Positions 15,346 to 26,900 are shown, counted from the first letter of the stretch. The stretch is 64,000 nucleotides of DNA from a virus (IMGVR_UViG_3300027509_000001:64001-128000); one strand, 5' to 3'. The notes: generated by a model from the sequence alone, not told the origin. Numbers and translations: made by a program.

Positions 15346-16384
15346 ACGAATTTAATTTAGTGAAAGTATTAAATAACCATCTATCAACATCCTTTATAAT
15401 CGTATACAATTTATCTTGCATAAACATTTTTTTAAATGCTACTATATCAAGAGTTTCTATTGGTCCATTTAATTTATTAATTATCTGCATTTTCTGATCT
15501 GCTGATATATCAACGTCTTCAAGTTGCATTAATTTATTATTCAATATTAAAGTTTCTTCGGCTGCTACCATATCTTTGTAAACTTTAATATTGGAGCCAT
15601 TATCTATTTCCTTTTTTGCATACTCTAGTAAATTTGTAATCTCAATATTCTTGTCATTGATAGTTGGAAATCTTTTTTGTAATGTTTTTAGTCCAACTCC
15701 CTTCACGCCAGGAATATTGTCAGAAGAATCTCCATCAATAACTCTATATAATAAATAATTTTTTGGATGCAATCCCCACTCCTTAACAATTCTATCTGGA
15801 GTATATAACTTCTTTTTAACTGGGCTCCAAATCCTTACTTGGTTATTGGCTAATTGTATAAAATCTCGATCAGATGAAACAATAGTAATTTTATTATCTA
15901 CTCCTTCATAATACTGCCTGGCAATATATGCAATAGTATCATCTGCCTCAATGTTGTCTAATGCAATAAAAGTGACTGGCAATACATTAATGTATTCTAA
16001 TATTCTTACTATTTGCCGACTCATTGAAGCTCTTTCATCTTCTAGATTTTTAAATTCGTCGTGCCTATTAAGGCTTTTTCTTACTTTTCTATTTGCTTTA
16101 TAGTCAGGATACAGTTTTCTTCTTCTTGCAGATCCACCTTTTCCATCAAATACAACAATACACCTAGTCGATGCAAATTGCCTAATATTAGCGCCTATAG
16201 AGCGTAGAAATCCTACGGTGCCTCCTACATGTTGCCCATCATCGTTTAATGCTGGTACAACTGCAAAAACCCGTATAAATGTATTCAAACCATCGATAAT
16301 AAGGACATGAGAGTCCCTATTATCTTCAGTTTTTCGGTCTGATATAAATGAACTAAAAAGATCTTGTATCGTTCTAGTTATCAT
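15326..16384 (-). CDS. 5'-3' exonuclease/flap endonuclease (T4 RNase H / PolA N-terminal family)
   Basis: LIIDGLNTF, VVFDGKG, YKANR, IEADDTIA, SSDRDF, GDSSDNIPGVKGVG. Confidence 0.92.
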   Translation of the reverse strand: MITRTIQDLFSSFISDRKTEDNRDSHVLIIDGLNTFIRVFAVVPALNDDGQHVGGTVGFLRSIGANIRQFASTRCIVVFDGKGGSARRRKLYPDYKANRKVRKSLNRHDEFKNLEDERASMSRQIVRILEYINVLPVTFIALDNIEADDTIAYIARQYYEGVDNKITIVSSDRDFIQLANNQVRIWSPVKKKLYTPDRIVKEWGLHPKNYLLYRVIDGDSSDNIPGVKGVGLKTLQKRFPTINDKNIEITNLLEYAKKEIDNGSNIKVYKDMVAAEETLILNNKLMQLEDVDISADQKMQIINKLNGPIETLDIVAFKKMFMQDKLYTIIKDVDRWLFNTFTKLNSYVKKLR

Positions 16385-18021
16385 CCTTCTTCGTTAATTG
16401 CTTCTTCATCAATAACAATATCGTCAATACCATAATCCTTATTAATTTCGTATTTCATAATATATTTTTCATGTACAATGTCAAGTATCTGCGATTTAAG
16501 CTCTGGGTTTCTATCGACGATTGTTGCAAAGTCTTTAGATTGAAATTTAAGCTCTAATTGCCCTTCTGTGACTTCTCCTTCTTCGTCAATAATGTCTAGT
16601 GGTGAAGATAACTTGTAAGTATACCACGCTCCAGAAGATTTGACAATCTTGTAATCCTTTAGTATACTAAGCCACGATCCATAATTATCAATTCCACTTG
16701 AATAATAAATGTCATATTTAACTTTTTTCATTGGAGGGCCCAACCTATTCTTGACAACGCTGCATTCAGTTTTTACCCCTACGATATTATCAATGCCATT
16801 CGATTTGACTTTAATTTTGCCCATAGATTTCAATCTAACTCGTACTGATGAGTGAAATGGTAATCCCTTTCCGCCAGATGTCGTGTTATGATTTAATCTA
16901 CCATTAGCTAAATACGTATGTGCATCAGCTACCTCAATGTCAACTACTGGCATTTTCTTCTCGACCCGCTTGAAATCTGGATGGTTTTGTAATTCGATTT
17001 GCTTTCCATCTTCTATAATTATATGATTGGCAGTTCCTTTTAATTTACCATCAGTATAATAATAATCTACTGGAGTTTTAATAATAAAATTAATAATCGG
17101 TTTATATACAAGTTCGCCATTAACAGAAGTTTCTATTTCTATATTTTCCGAAGTCAAATCGGCTATAATATATGGTTCTCCTTCCATTGCTGTCAAGTCT
17201 CCAGACTTTATTTCTTTGTATACGGATATCAAATCTGGAAGTCTAGTACTCATTAAATTAAATAAAGACTCTGTCCAAATATGTCCGGCAGTATTTCTCA
17301 ATTTTACTTCAGTTGTATGTGGATCAACACAATATTTGTCTCCAAACATTACTCCCATTCTAACCCGCAATTGATTTGTAAATATTAAACAAATCTTTTG
17401 TCTGGCTATTTTGTTTGTAATTTTTCGCAATGCTTTAGAAATGATAATTGCTTTAGCTGTTGCATATCCATCTTTACCATGTTCCGAAGCCTGTTCAACT
17501 TTTGTTGTGGCGCCCATCACTGAATCAACTACTATTGTAACTAACCTGTCTTTGTCCTTTTTTCGAACTTTTTCAATTATAATATCTATTGTCGTAAAGG
17601 CGTCTTCAATTGCTTCCAATGGAACATATAATAGTCTTTTTATGTCTACTCCAATTGCCTCTAAATATGCTTTTGATACTGCTGCTTCTGTATCAATGTA
17701 TACGGCTACTCCGCCTTTTTTCTGGGTATTTTTTAGAGCATAAGCTGCTAATAATGATTTACCCGATGCTTCCAATCCTGTAATTTCAGTTATTCTACCT
17801 ACTGGCCACCCGCCGTTTGGTCGGTTAGCAATTGCTAAATCCAGTATGTCTAATCCTGTTGGTACAAAATCTGTAACGTTGCTAACGTCATCTTCTGATA
17901 AAAAATAAGCTGATTTAAATTCGGTTGCTTTAAATTCTTTATCTAACGAGCTGGCAATATCCGCTGCCAGCTCTAAGATGTTATCAGTCTTTGCTTTAGT
18001 TTTTCTTTTGACTTTACTCAC
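16381..18021 (-). CDS. recA: RecA/UvsX recombinase with a mini-intein
   Basis: GRITEITGLEASGKS, YIDTE, IVVDSV, IFTNQLR, GVMFGDKY|TTSGGKGLPFHSSVR, VVKNRL. Confidence 0.92.
   Translation of the reverse strand: MSKVKRKTKAKTDNILELAADIASSLDKEFKATEFKSAYFLSEDDVSNVTDFVPTGLDILDLAIANRPNGGWPVGRITEITGLEASGKSLLAAYALKNTQKKGGVAVYIDTEAAVSKAYLEAIGVDIKRLLYVPLEAIEDAFTTIDIIIEKVRKKDKDRLVTIVVDSVMGATTKVEQASEHGKDGYATAKAIIISKALRKITNKIARQKICLIFTNQLRVRMGVMFGDKYCVDPHTTEVKLRNTAGHIWTESLFNLMSTRLPDLISVYKEIKSGDLTAMEGEPYIIADLTSENIEIETSVNGELVYKPIINFIIKTPVDYYYTDGKLKGTANHIIIEDGKQIELQNHPDFKRVEKKMPVVDIEVADAHTYLANGRLNHNTTSGGKGLPFHSSVRVRLKSMGKIKVKSNGIDNIVGVKTECSVVKNRLGPPMKKVKYDIYYSSGIDNYGSWLSILKDYKIVKSSGAWYTYKLSSPLDIIDEEGEVTEGQLELKFQSKDFATIVDRNPELKSQILDIVHEKYIMKYEINKDYGIDDIVIDEEAINEEG
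16885..17331 (-). mobile_element. 149 aa mini-intein (no endonuclease) in RecA
   Basis: CVDPHTTEV start, TANH block B, VVDIEVADAHTYLANGRLNHN end, Thr+1. Confidence 0.9.
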
Positions 18022-18024
18022 AAA

Positions 18025-18822
18025 TTAGTCGTTGAATATGTCGTCAAAATCGTCAGAAATTGTTTCAGTAGTTGTTGGAGTTTCACTCACTGCCTCTTGC
18101 TTTTCAGCAAATAGGTCGTCAACTGCACCAGCTGGGTCAGATTTAGAATCTGTTGGGGCTGCTGTTTCCGCTTCTGCTTCTTTTTCATTATTCATAAAGC
18201 TCATTAATGATGCTTCTAATGATTCGTAAGTTGGTGCTTGCCATATTTCTTCAACAGTTGGCATTTCTTTGATTAATCCCAAAACCTCTTTGTCAGATGT
18301 AACAACCGTTGGATTTGGCTTGACTCTGATAGTAGTTTTTGGATATCCACCTGCTTCTGCTTTTTTGTACTCGACGGTAATATCTCTTCCAGTTTTTGGA
18401 TTAGTAATATCACCATAATCATCATCAGACATTGTCGTTAACAATTCTTCATAAACTGTTTTACCAAAGCCCCATAATTTTACTCCTTCGCTTTCTTCTC
18501 CCCTTACTAAGATAGGAACATATGTTCTCATTTTAGGTTCAAGAGTTTTAGCTAATTTGTAACTTTCTGTGGTGCCTTCGTTTCTAAGTTGCTGTGAAAA
18601 TTCGTAAATTGGGTCTGGATCATTATTCGTTATCGGTGATAACGTCGTCTTTTTGGTAACGTCGTAGTAAAAATACAGTTCTAAAAAAGGATTTTCTGGT
18701 CTGTGTTTGTACGGAAGAATTCTGATTATCGAAGATCCCGGTTTTGGTTTCCATAATAAATTCTTTCTTTTGGTTTGCCCTTGGAGCTGAGCTAGCTTGT
18801 TTTTAATTAGATTAATATCCAT
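18025..18822 (-). CDS. gp32-like single-stranded DNA-binding protein
   Basis: IRILPY, NDPDPIYE, VRGEESEGVKLWGFGKTVYEEL, YGDITNPKTGRD, acidic C-terminal tail DDFDDIFND. Confidence 0.85.
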   Translation of the reverse strand: MDINLIKNKLAQLQGQTKRKNLLWKPKPGSSIIRILPYKHRPENPFLELYFYYDVTKKTTLSPITNNDPDPIYEFSQQLRNEGTTESYKLAKTLEPKMRTYVPILVRGEESEGVKLWGFGKTVYEELLTTMSDDDYGDITNPKTGRDITVEYKKAEAGGYPKTTIRVKPNPTVVTSDKEVLGLIKEMPTVEEIWQAPTYESLEASLMSFMNNEKEAEAETAAPTDSKSDPAGAVDDLFAEKQEAVSETPTTTETISDDFDDIFND

Positions 18823-18860
18823 TAGTTAAACTTTGTTTAAGTTATTAAATTGTTGAATTG

Positions 18861-18892
18861 TAAATATAATAAACTTTCTTCACTTATTCAAA
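18861..18892 (-). promoter_or_regulatory. Host-type promoter upstream of SSB-recA-exonuclease-helicase
   Basis: Minus strand TTTG-N20-TATATTTA. Confidence 0.6.
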
Positions 18893-18898
18893 TGATTT

Positions 18899-19273
18899 CT
18901 AGTTTAATTTTAATTTTTCTTTAAGATAAATGTTAATTCTGGAAACTTTCCTTTCCTTATATATAAGTATCATATTAGAATATAAATTCCAATCTAATTT
19001 AAACTTTTTATCTAAAATACCATTATTAATGTTCATTATAATTTGATTCATTGCATTGATGGTATAAAATGTATTAGTTTTAGATTTTTTATGTACTATA
19101 ATTGTTTTGGGAATCTGAATTTTTTGCTTTTCGATAATATATGCTAACATTAATTCATTATGATTGTCTGTTGTATATAGTATCACGTCTTTTACATTAT
19201 TATTCGATATTTTTTCTAAAGTTTGTTTCTTTGTCTTTTCTGTACAAAATGTACATGCTATTCGTTTTTTCAA
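18899..19273 (-). CDS. Hypothetical protein
   Basis: 124 aa ORF between polymerase and SSB (TTG start). Confidence 0.65.
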   Translation of the reverse strand: MKKRIACTFCTEKTKKQTLEKISNNNVKDVILYTTDNHNELMLAYIIEKQKIQIPKTIIVHKKSKTNTFYTINAMNQIIMNINNGILDKKFKLDWNLYSNMILIYKERKVSRINIYLKEKLKLN

Positions 19274-19278
19274 GTGTA

Positions 19279-20595
19279 TTAATTTCCCATACTTTTCATT
19301 TCGTGGTAATTCTTTCCATGTTTAGTACTAGTACTCATATTTCCCTGATTCATTATTTTCTTTATACCATTTAAAACATTAGTGGCTTCTTCTTTTTTCA
19401 AATGTATTAAGAATGAATCGTAGGTGAATAGTATTAAATTACTAACATACTCGTATATATAGTCTTGAATTTGTCGTAACATTAAAGAATTATACTCGGT
19501 TTCATACGCTTGTAAAATATAATTGAACAATTTAGTAGCAGACATTTTACCCAAATTTCCTTTTAACATGCGCCTCTTATATATTGGAGTTTCTATAAAA
19601 CTATCTGCTAAATATTTTTCGTATATTTTTTTTCTATAACTGTTTACCTTTGCAAAGAAATCAATGTGTTCATATTCTTCTTTAATCTGACCATATAACA
19701 TTTGAAAGCTAATTATCTTAGATTTTTCATAATCTTCATTATTTAGAAATGGAGTTTTAAAATACTGTCTACCAAAATAGTCATGCAGATTTCCTTTTGG
19801 CAATTGATAATCAATTAAATTAGCAATTAATCGTAAATGATAAGCATCAAAATCAAATTCAACCAATCTAAATCCATCATCTGCCTTTATTATTTTTCTA
19901 GATTCGTCTACTTTGTTCAATGCTGCTAAATTTATTCCAGAAAATGCATTAGATGGTCGTCCAGTTGACGTATATAACCTATAATTAGATTTTAGGGACA
20001 AACCCTTATATTCTAGATCTAATAGACTTTTATCCGTTGGTATATAATTACGCTCTAATCTTTTAAATTCTTTAAATACGTCGGTGCAATACCGCTTAAA
20101 TACGATTATATCTACAGATCCGTAGATTCCTATAAATTTATTTTTTATTTCTCTTGCATAATCAATATGAATTGCGAGTGGAATTGAATTTCCTACATTT
20201 GATATTCCTAAAAAATTTCTTTCATAGAAATTATATACTGATGGGTAATTAATTTCCAATTGATCATTAATTGCAAACCAATAATATAATTCCAAATCCA
20301 AAGATTGGCTTAAATATTTATCTAAATATTCTTGCCCATATACAAAATGATTGCCTAGATTTTTTGCAGATTTCAAACTGTTTAAATTAAAACGTTGCGC
20401 ATCATTGTGACATTGATTTAATATAAATTCTGATTTAGTCGATATATCATATAAATATAATACAGATATATCTGTATCAGTGTGATGCTTAGAAACATCT
20501 TGAGCTATCGGAATAATGACTAAATCTTTAGCCAGAATATCTTTTAATATTGTTAAGTTGTTAGAATTTATAAAAATCACTAAGACAATATACAA
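19279..20595 (-). CDS. polA: Divergent, short family A DNA polymerase
   Basis: TSTGRPS, INLAALNK, motif A LVEFDFDAYHLR, motif B KIISFQMLYG, FNYILQA, motif C FTYDSFL. Confidence 0.8.
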   Translation of the reverse strand: MYIVLVIFINSNNLTILKDILAKDLVIIPIAQDVSKHHTDTDISVLYLYDISTKSEFILNQCHNDAQRFNLNSLKSAKNLGNHFVYGQEYLDKYLSQSLDLELYYWFAINDQLEINYPSVYNFYERNFLGISNVGNSIPLAIHIDYAREIKNKFIGIYGSVDIIVFKRYCTDVFKEFKRLERNYIPTDKSLLDLEYKGLSLKSNYRLYTSTGRPSNAFSGINLAALNKVDESRKIIKADDGFRLVEFDFDAYHLRLIANLIDYQLPKGNLHDYFGRQYFKTPFLNNEDYEKSKIISFQMLYGQIKEEYEHIDFFAKVNSYRKKIYEKYLADSFIETPIYKRRMLKGNLGKMSATKLFNYILQAYETEYNSLMLRQIQDYIYEYVSNLILFTYDSFLIHLKKEEATNVLNGIKKIMNQGNMSTSTKHGKNYHEMKSMGN

Positions 20596-20598
20596 ATA

Positions 20599-21147
20599 TT
20601 ATTTCGTATATTCTAGAAAATTTGACAAATAATTTAAAATACCTGGAATTTTTTTACTTGCTTTATGAGTGGCCTGTTTGTTTTTGATTGGCGCCAAGTC
20701 TTTTGATAAATACCAAGTAACTAAAACTGGAATCCATAATAAACCATCTAGACCTAGGATATTTCTTATATTTATAGATTGATATTGTTCGATGTCTATT
20801 TCTATTATTATACTTGTACCAGTTTTTTGTACAAAATACCGTTCGATCGTGTCATACGAATAATCAATTTCAGAAATATTTATTTTATAAGGAACTGGAC
20901 TTATATAATTAGATTTTTTATTTTTAATGCCCCTTTTAAATCTAGCTACCTCTGGACTATATTCAAAGTCATCTTTTTTATATAAAAATTTAGATTTAGT
21001 TGTTTGAGTCGACCCCGTCCAATATGTCGAGTCTGGAAGTATATGATATTGCCCAACATAGTTGTTTCCATTCTCAAGAGTATATTCACCTCCCGAAGTA
21101 TATTGGCTGGTAATTATTTGCGCTTGTCTGTAATATCGTTTTCTCAT
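20599..21147 (-). CDS. Hypothetical protein (end of baseplate operon)
   Basis: 182 aa, overlaps the upstream stop by 4 bp. Confidence 0.65.
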   Translation of the reverse strand: MRKRYYRQAQIITSQYTSGGEYTLENGNNYVGQYHILPDSTYWTGSTQTTKSKFLYKKDDFEYSPEVARFKRGIKNKKSNYISPVPYKINISEIDYSYDTIERYFVQKTGTSIIIEIDIEQYQSINIRNILGLDGLLWIPVLVTWYLSKDLAPIKNKQATHKASKKIPGILNYLSNFLEYTK

Positions 21148-23138
21148 AATTTAATATAATTAGCATCTGCATAATAACAAAGTATTCCGGACAGGCTTGT
21201 TTCCCAGTCAGAGCCTTCTGCATTAAATTCGTGGGTCACACTTCTTACCATAAAATATGCCTTATTCCTTTCGTAGTTTTCTGGCAAATGTATAGATGAT
21301 ATTCCATTACCAACATGAAATCCATAAGTTCCATCTAACGTAACTGACAATTCTAGTCCTGGATATGTAGGCAAATCAAATCTACTAGTATGATCATTAG
21401 ACTTATTTTGATTTATTTGTGTTATAGCCGTTCTTAAAGATTCTTCTTGAGTATGATTGAATTTAGACTTTATCAAACTGGCTGGAGAATTAATCAACGT
21501 AAATATATTATCTTGTGCCTCGACGTATTTTGAATTTCTGTTGGAATCTATTTCTCCCATTTTTCCAGATAGATTATGAACGGCGTCTCCTTGCTTAGTT
21601 TGGCCAGCCATTATAGATGAAGCCATTTCTGGAGACCCAGCTCTGGATGCCAGGCTTAGAGTTCTAGTAGATCCATCTCCATCTATACTGTTAAATGATA
21701 TTACATTAAATTTATCTTTAGCTAAACCATTATTTTGATCTATTATTACTAATGAGTTTGGATTGTTTGGATTTTGAGAAAAGCCCAAAGTAATGGCATT
21801 TCCAGTAGCTTCCTTTATTACCTTGAAAATTTGCTTTAAAAATTCTAAAATATTTACTGATTCTTCTGTTTCGCTTTTATCATTAGTTTTGTCAGCATTG
21901 CTTACATCTTTATTTGCTGATTTTTCCATTGCGTCCAGTATTACAGATCTTTCTAACAATATATTGCCAATATCTACTTCGGATGTAACTGCACCTTGAT
22001 TTAATGCATATATTTCTGATAATCCAGCACCTCCTACATTTTCAAAATCTATTCCTAAATCATCATCTGAGCCATAAGTGCCTTTATAATTGCCCATCTG
22101 GCTTCCTGCAAGGACTACTTGAGTCGGAATTCCAGAACGTATATTTGAATCTATGTAACTTTTACTTAATACAGGATCTATATCAATTGTCAAAGGAGAA
22201 AAATGTTTTGTGTCTGTAATTTTTGTTGTATATGACAAGTGACATTGTCCCATTATAAGGCGATTTACTACATAACCTAAACTATAATAAACGGTATTAA
22301 CCGAAGATGTGGTTGAGTTTGCCCAATTAAATTTTTCCTTTATTCCTTGCCATGCCTTTGATATTCTACCAGAAAACATTGTTAAATGACTTGACTTATA
22401 AACAACCACAGCGCCTGGATCTTTTTTTATATCATGTTTGCTATTTGGTTTAAAAACCCAACCATCATTACCAGATAAATCTATATCATCAATTGCCGTT
22501 TGTCCATTATTCTGGGCATCGTGTGTCATTAATTCAACTAACCCTGTAACAGTTAATTGATCATCTCCTGACCTATATGGCAGTCCCTTTGCATGTATTC
22601 CTCCAAACAATTCTAATTTCTTTAGTGCCTCGGTTGCTCTAACTGCTGTTCCTTCAACCACCCAATATCCTTCTGAAGTCGTATTAAACGCAAATGAACA
22701 TAAAATAAAATTTGATAATGTTATGGATGATTGCTGTTGGACTTCTGACCAAGCATTTGGGTATCCAAATGTAACAGTGACATCAGACCCATGACGACAA
22801 GCTGCTGCTTCTACTGCTTTAAAATCCGATCTATTGTAACATTCTATAACCCAAGATACAGTTTCTTTGGAGCCATATTCTGTGCCATCTTCGCTTATTG
22901 TCAGAGACTTTAAACTTGGATTAGTTTTAAATGTACTCAACTGCCTAGATTGTAGGGTATCTTTATGATTAGGTAATGTTACGGACCCACCTGATCCTGA
23001 AATTGTTATCCTAGCATAAGATGGATTGGTCGTAGCCGCTTTATAGTGGGGTCCGTTTCTATATAGGCTTTTTCTTGCCTGTAATAAACCAATTGCATTA
23101 TGCGTTGGATTGTTTCTATATATATTTTTTACTGCCAT
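21144..23138 (-). CDS. Putative baseplate hub/tail protein
   Basis: Position after the LysM-like and tube-initiator genes; C-terminal LSVTLDGTYGFHVG...YFMVRSVTHEF...WETSL is typical of hub proteins. Confidence 0.55.
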   Translation of the reverse strand: MAVKNIYRNNPTHNAIGLLQARKSLYRNGPHYKAATTNPSYARITISGSGGSVTLPNHKDTLQSRQLSTFKTNPSLKSLTISEDGTEYGSKETVSWVIECYNRSDFKAVEAAACRHGSDVTVTFGYPNAWSEVQQQSSITLSNFILCSFAFNTTSEGYWVVEGTAVRATEALKKLELFGGIHAKGLPYRSGDDQLTVTGLVELMTHDAQNNGQTAIDDIDLSGNDGWVFKPNSKHDIKKDPGAVVVYKSSHLTMFSGRISKAWQGIKEKFNWANSTTSSVNTVYYSLGYVVNRLIMGQCHLSYTTKITDTKHFSPLTIDIDPVLSKSYIDSNIRSGIPTQVVLAGSQMGNYKGTYGSDDDLGIDFENVGGAGLSEIYALNQGAVTSEVDIGNILLERSVILDAMEKSANKDVSNADKTNDKSETEESVNILEFLKQIFKVIKEATGNAITLGFSQNPNNPNSLVIIDQNNGLAKDKFNVISFNSIDGDGSTRTLSLASRAGSPEMASSIMAGQTKQGDAVHNLSGKMGEIDSNRNSKYVEAQDNIFTLINSPASLIKSKFNHTQEESLRTAITQINQNKSNDHTSRFDLPTYPGLELSVTLDGTYGFHVGNGISSIHLPENYERNKAYFMVRSVTHEFNAEGSDWETSLSGILCYYADANYIKL

Positions 23139-23141
23139 TAA

Positions 23142-23441
23142 TTATTGTTGAGCTTCTATGATCTTATTTTGTATTTCATATATTATCTGTGGGTCTGGTA
23201 TTCTTATTCTAGTTCCAGCTGGAATTACTAATGTCCCGTTAGATAAATTGTTCGCCGTAGCAATTACAAACCAAAGGGTCTGATCATTATAATATTCATA
23301 CGCTAATAAATCTAATCTATCACCTTGCTTAGATATAATATATTGATCAGTATCCAATACTGTCATCACAGGATAATAAACAGTTTCCAAATATCTATTA
23401 TCTCCATCCGAAATTTGATTTACATTGTTATATCTTCTCAT
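23142..23441 (-). CDS. LysM-like baseplate wedge protein (gp53/tail X-like)
   Basis: GDRLDLLAYEYYNDQTLWFVIATANNL...IPAGTRIRIP. Confidence 0.8.
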   Translation of the reverse strand: MRRYNNVNQISDGDNRYLETVYYPVMTVLDTDQYIISKQGDRLDLLAYEYYNDQTLWFVIATANNLSNGTLVIPAGTRIRIPDPQIIYEIQNKIIEAQQ

Positions 23442-23974
23442 GATCCTGTTCCTTGTCCAAACCCTTTATAGTTGAATACTCGATTACCATTTCTATAATC
23501 TGGCTTCTTATTATCTAATACTTTAAAAGATACTGACACCTGGATTACCACTGGTACATCTTTTATCCATGGAGTTTCATTATCTATACTATATGAAACT
23601 GATGACAATATTCCATAAACGTCCAAGATTTGTCCAAGTTTCATATGACAAAATACACCATTATATCCCAATCCTCTTTTATATACAGGTTTTGTCATCT
23701 CTGCTAATGTATTTATTGCTTCCATCCACAAATCTTCTTCTCCAGGATTTAATGCAGCGGTTTTAAATGATAATGAAATAGTCCTGGAATACGAACTATA
23801 TAACATTTTGGGGTCTGCTCTTCCTATGTCGTTATTTTCTGACCAATTTGGAGATGAATCGTCAGACAAAGAATCTAATAAAGCTCTGAATTTAACTGTT
23901 GGTCCACTTCCTGTAGGTGGTACCATTGCTCTAAATGAGAAATTGGTTCCTCCCGGTCTAAATGTTGCACTCAT
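23438..23974 (-). CDS. Tail tube initiator/baseplate protein (gp48/gp54-like)
   Basis: FRALLDSLSD, IGRADP.MLYSSYSRTISLSF, SVSYSIDNETPW; directly follows the tape measure gene. Confidence 0.65.
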   Translation of the reverse strand: MSATFRPGGTNFSFRAMVPPTGSGPTVKFRALLDSLSDDSSPNWSENNDIGRADPKMLYSSYSRTISLSFKTAALNPGEEDLWMEAINTLAEMTKPVYKRGLGYNGVFCHMKLGQILDVYGILSSVSYSIDNETPWIKDVPVVIQVSVSFKVLDNKKPDYRNGNRVFNYKGFGQGTGS

Positions 23975-26900
23975 TAATTATTATTATTCCTTTTAATTTG
24001 CTTTCCGAGTTCTTTTACTGCCTTGTTCCCAATTACAACTGGAGCAGGATTATTTCCATATTTATGAATAGCATTTAATATATCCAAAACCAATTTCTCC
24101 ATTTTGCCATCAGATGCATTATTATATATACTAGATTTATTTGAACTAGAATTATAAGTTTCATTGTTATTATTTATTTTCGATATTGCTGCTTCATTTG
24201 CTGCTGCCGCTATTTTTAGACCAGCAGATTCTATTTTAGTTTCAAGCGATGAAGTAGACTTAATATTAGCATTGGAAGTGCTTGAAGTCTTAGATACTTC
24301 TGACATATTCCTTCTAATATTAACATCAGATAAACCTTTTATGTCTGATAACTTATTTAGTTGTCCAATATTTAAATCAGATAACGTCGATTTTAATTCT
24401 ATTAACGAATCAGATAACATTGACATTGATACTGCTAATAAATTTATCATTGGAGCGGTACTTGCTAAGGCTAAAATTTTAGCCAATGGATTACCAGCAA
24501 ATAATGCCATGATTCCACCTGCGCCGGCGGCAATTGTCATGGTTGCTAAACCTGTTCCAATAGCTGTTAGCCCAGCGGCGATTCCTATTAATTGCATTGG
24601 ACTTATTTCTTTTAAATCCCCAAGAGTTGTTAATATTTTAGTTCCAACATCTGCTAATTTATCTACTCCAATTGCAGTCATGGCAATACCTGCCCCAAAT
24701 ACTATTAATGATGCTCCAAGAGCTGCGATTGCCATCGAACCAACTAAAATTAATGGAGCAATGAATGATAGGCCTGCTGCGGCTGCTGCTAATCCAATTA
24801 GTGCCACTGCCGCCTTAGCTAATGAGCTCCACTCTACGTCGTTGAACATATTTAAAGCATATGCCGCAGGTATTAATGCAGCGCCCAATATTCCTATGGC
24901 TAACGCCCCTAATAACATTTGAGGAACCGCGGATCCCATTAACATAGCTATTCCAGCTAATCCAATTAAAGACACACCTGCCTTAGCTACTGATTCCCAC
25001 TCTACGTCGTTGAAATTCTGAAGTGCTTTCGATGTTATCCACAGAGCTCCAGATAATATTATTAAAGCTCCGGCTCCTATTAACGCTTTTGGTGAAAATT
25101 TACTTAATCCCTTTCCTAAAGAGCCAACTAAAGATTCAATCATTGATCCAACACCCGAAGCTACCTTTTTAAGTGGTTCCATTATTGCGTCTGCAATTCC
25201 TGTTCCTACGTCTTTTATAAATGTTAGACCAGATTTAATTGATTCTCCTAATGATTTTAAACCAGATTTAATTGCTTTAGATATTGATCCAAATCCTTTA
25301 CTGACTTTATCTTGCATTGATTTAAAATCGAAACCTTTAGTATCTACATTCGATGTTGCTGTAGTTGACGTCGTCGTGTTTTGTTTTTTAAATACACTAG
25401 ATATTTTTTCTTTAGAACTAGTGAATTTTTCTTTAACTTTATTTAATATAGTATTTGTTTTTTTACTATCGATTGAATTTCCAATTCCACCCATACCAGC
25501 TAGCTTTCCCATACCAGTAAATTTTTCAAATACCGAACCCAAGGCGCTCGTCCATTGTTTCTTAAATACTAAAGCCAATAGTCCAAGGCTTACAAATTGT
25601 CCGCCCAAACCTGAAAATGAACTTGTCAACTTTGCAACTACACCATTACCTTCAGTTAAACCACCTAGGAAATCGTCAAGTTTTTCGGTTAACCACTGGA
25701 TAACATCTCCAATACCAACTAAAACCGATGATATTAATTTTAATCCTGGTATAAATGGTTTTAAAGCTAAACCTATTAACTTAAATCCTAACCCTATGAT
25801 ATCCAATATTGGACTAATACCAACTAAAATATCACTGAATACTTCAACTAATGGCAATAAGGCCCTGGTAAATGTGGTTTTTATTTTTGTCCACGCCATA
25901 TTCATTGCGTCTGCTGCTGCGAATTCTTTTGCTCTAGATTTTAATGCTTCCTTACTCATTCCACTAATGTCTCCCATCGTGGACAAATTTTCATTTAATA
26001 ACTTTTGTTCTTCAGCAGTTAAATTTAATGATTCTTCGTTCAATTTCATCATATTAGCTATCTGTGTAACTGACATTCCCAAGGTGTCTGCTAACTTTGA
26101 TTTAGCTTGTGGCATTAAATCATTAAAATAATCTAACGAGCCAATTGAATCAACCAACGCTTTTTGGGTCTTAACCATGTCGCCAGAAATTCCTGCATCA
26201 AATACTGGTGACAGATCTATTCCTGTCAACGACCCCAGCTCAGCCATATCTCCCATGAAGCTTTCTACACTCCATGTCTTTTTCATAAGTTCGCCAACGT
26301 CCTTAACATTGCTACCCATTCTTCGAACTTCTATTGCCGCTTTTGCTGCTGCTTCTGGCATATTTCCGAAGAATGTAGCTACATCTTCTGCGCCATCTAT
26401 TAAGTCTTGGGCTATTATGTCTGGAGCTATATTAGCTAATGTTGCCGCTTCTAATACCGATGCTGCTAAATTATTTGCCAGTGCATCATCTGCCCCTAAC
26501 TCTTGAAATATATCTATTAATTCATACCCAGATTTAACGCCCACTCCATATACATTTTCAATTAAAGAAGCATATTCAGATAATTCTTTTCCAGATTTCT
26601 TTGTTAAATCTAATAATTGTCCCGAATCTTGCAATGAGGCTTCTTGAATCGATAATAATTTCCCTTGAGTCAATGTTAGATTTCCTGCGGCTCCTTGCAT
26701 TTTTAACATTGACTCATATAATTCAGATGATTGACTTTTTGCTATTCCAAGTTGAGAACTAAATTCTTTAATATTAGAAGATGCACTATATGCCATTGCT
26801 CCAATTGCCACAACAGATGCTAGAATTATAGTAAGAGGAGATATTGCTGCAATTAACGTTGAAGAAAATGTTTGAGCGTATGCTGCCAGTCCTTCAAGAG

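Noticed and set aside
24164-26506. Long plus-strand ORFs (252, 251 and 109 aa)
   Set aside because: Antisense to the tape measure; explained by its Ala/Gly/Leu codon bias, with no motifs, promoter or RBS. The same reasoning applies to the other plus-strand ORFs in the track
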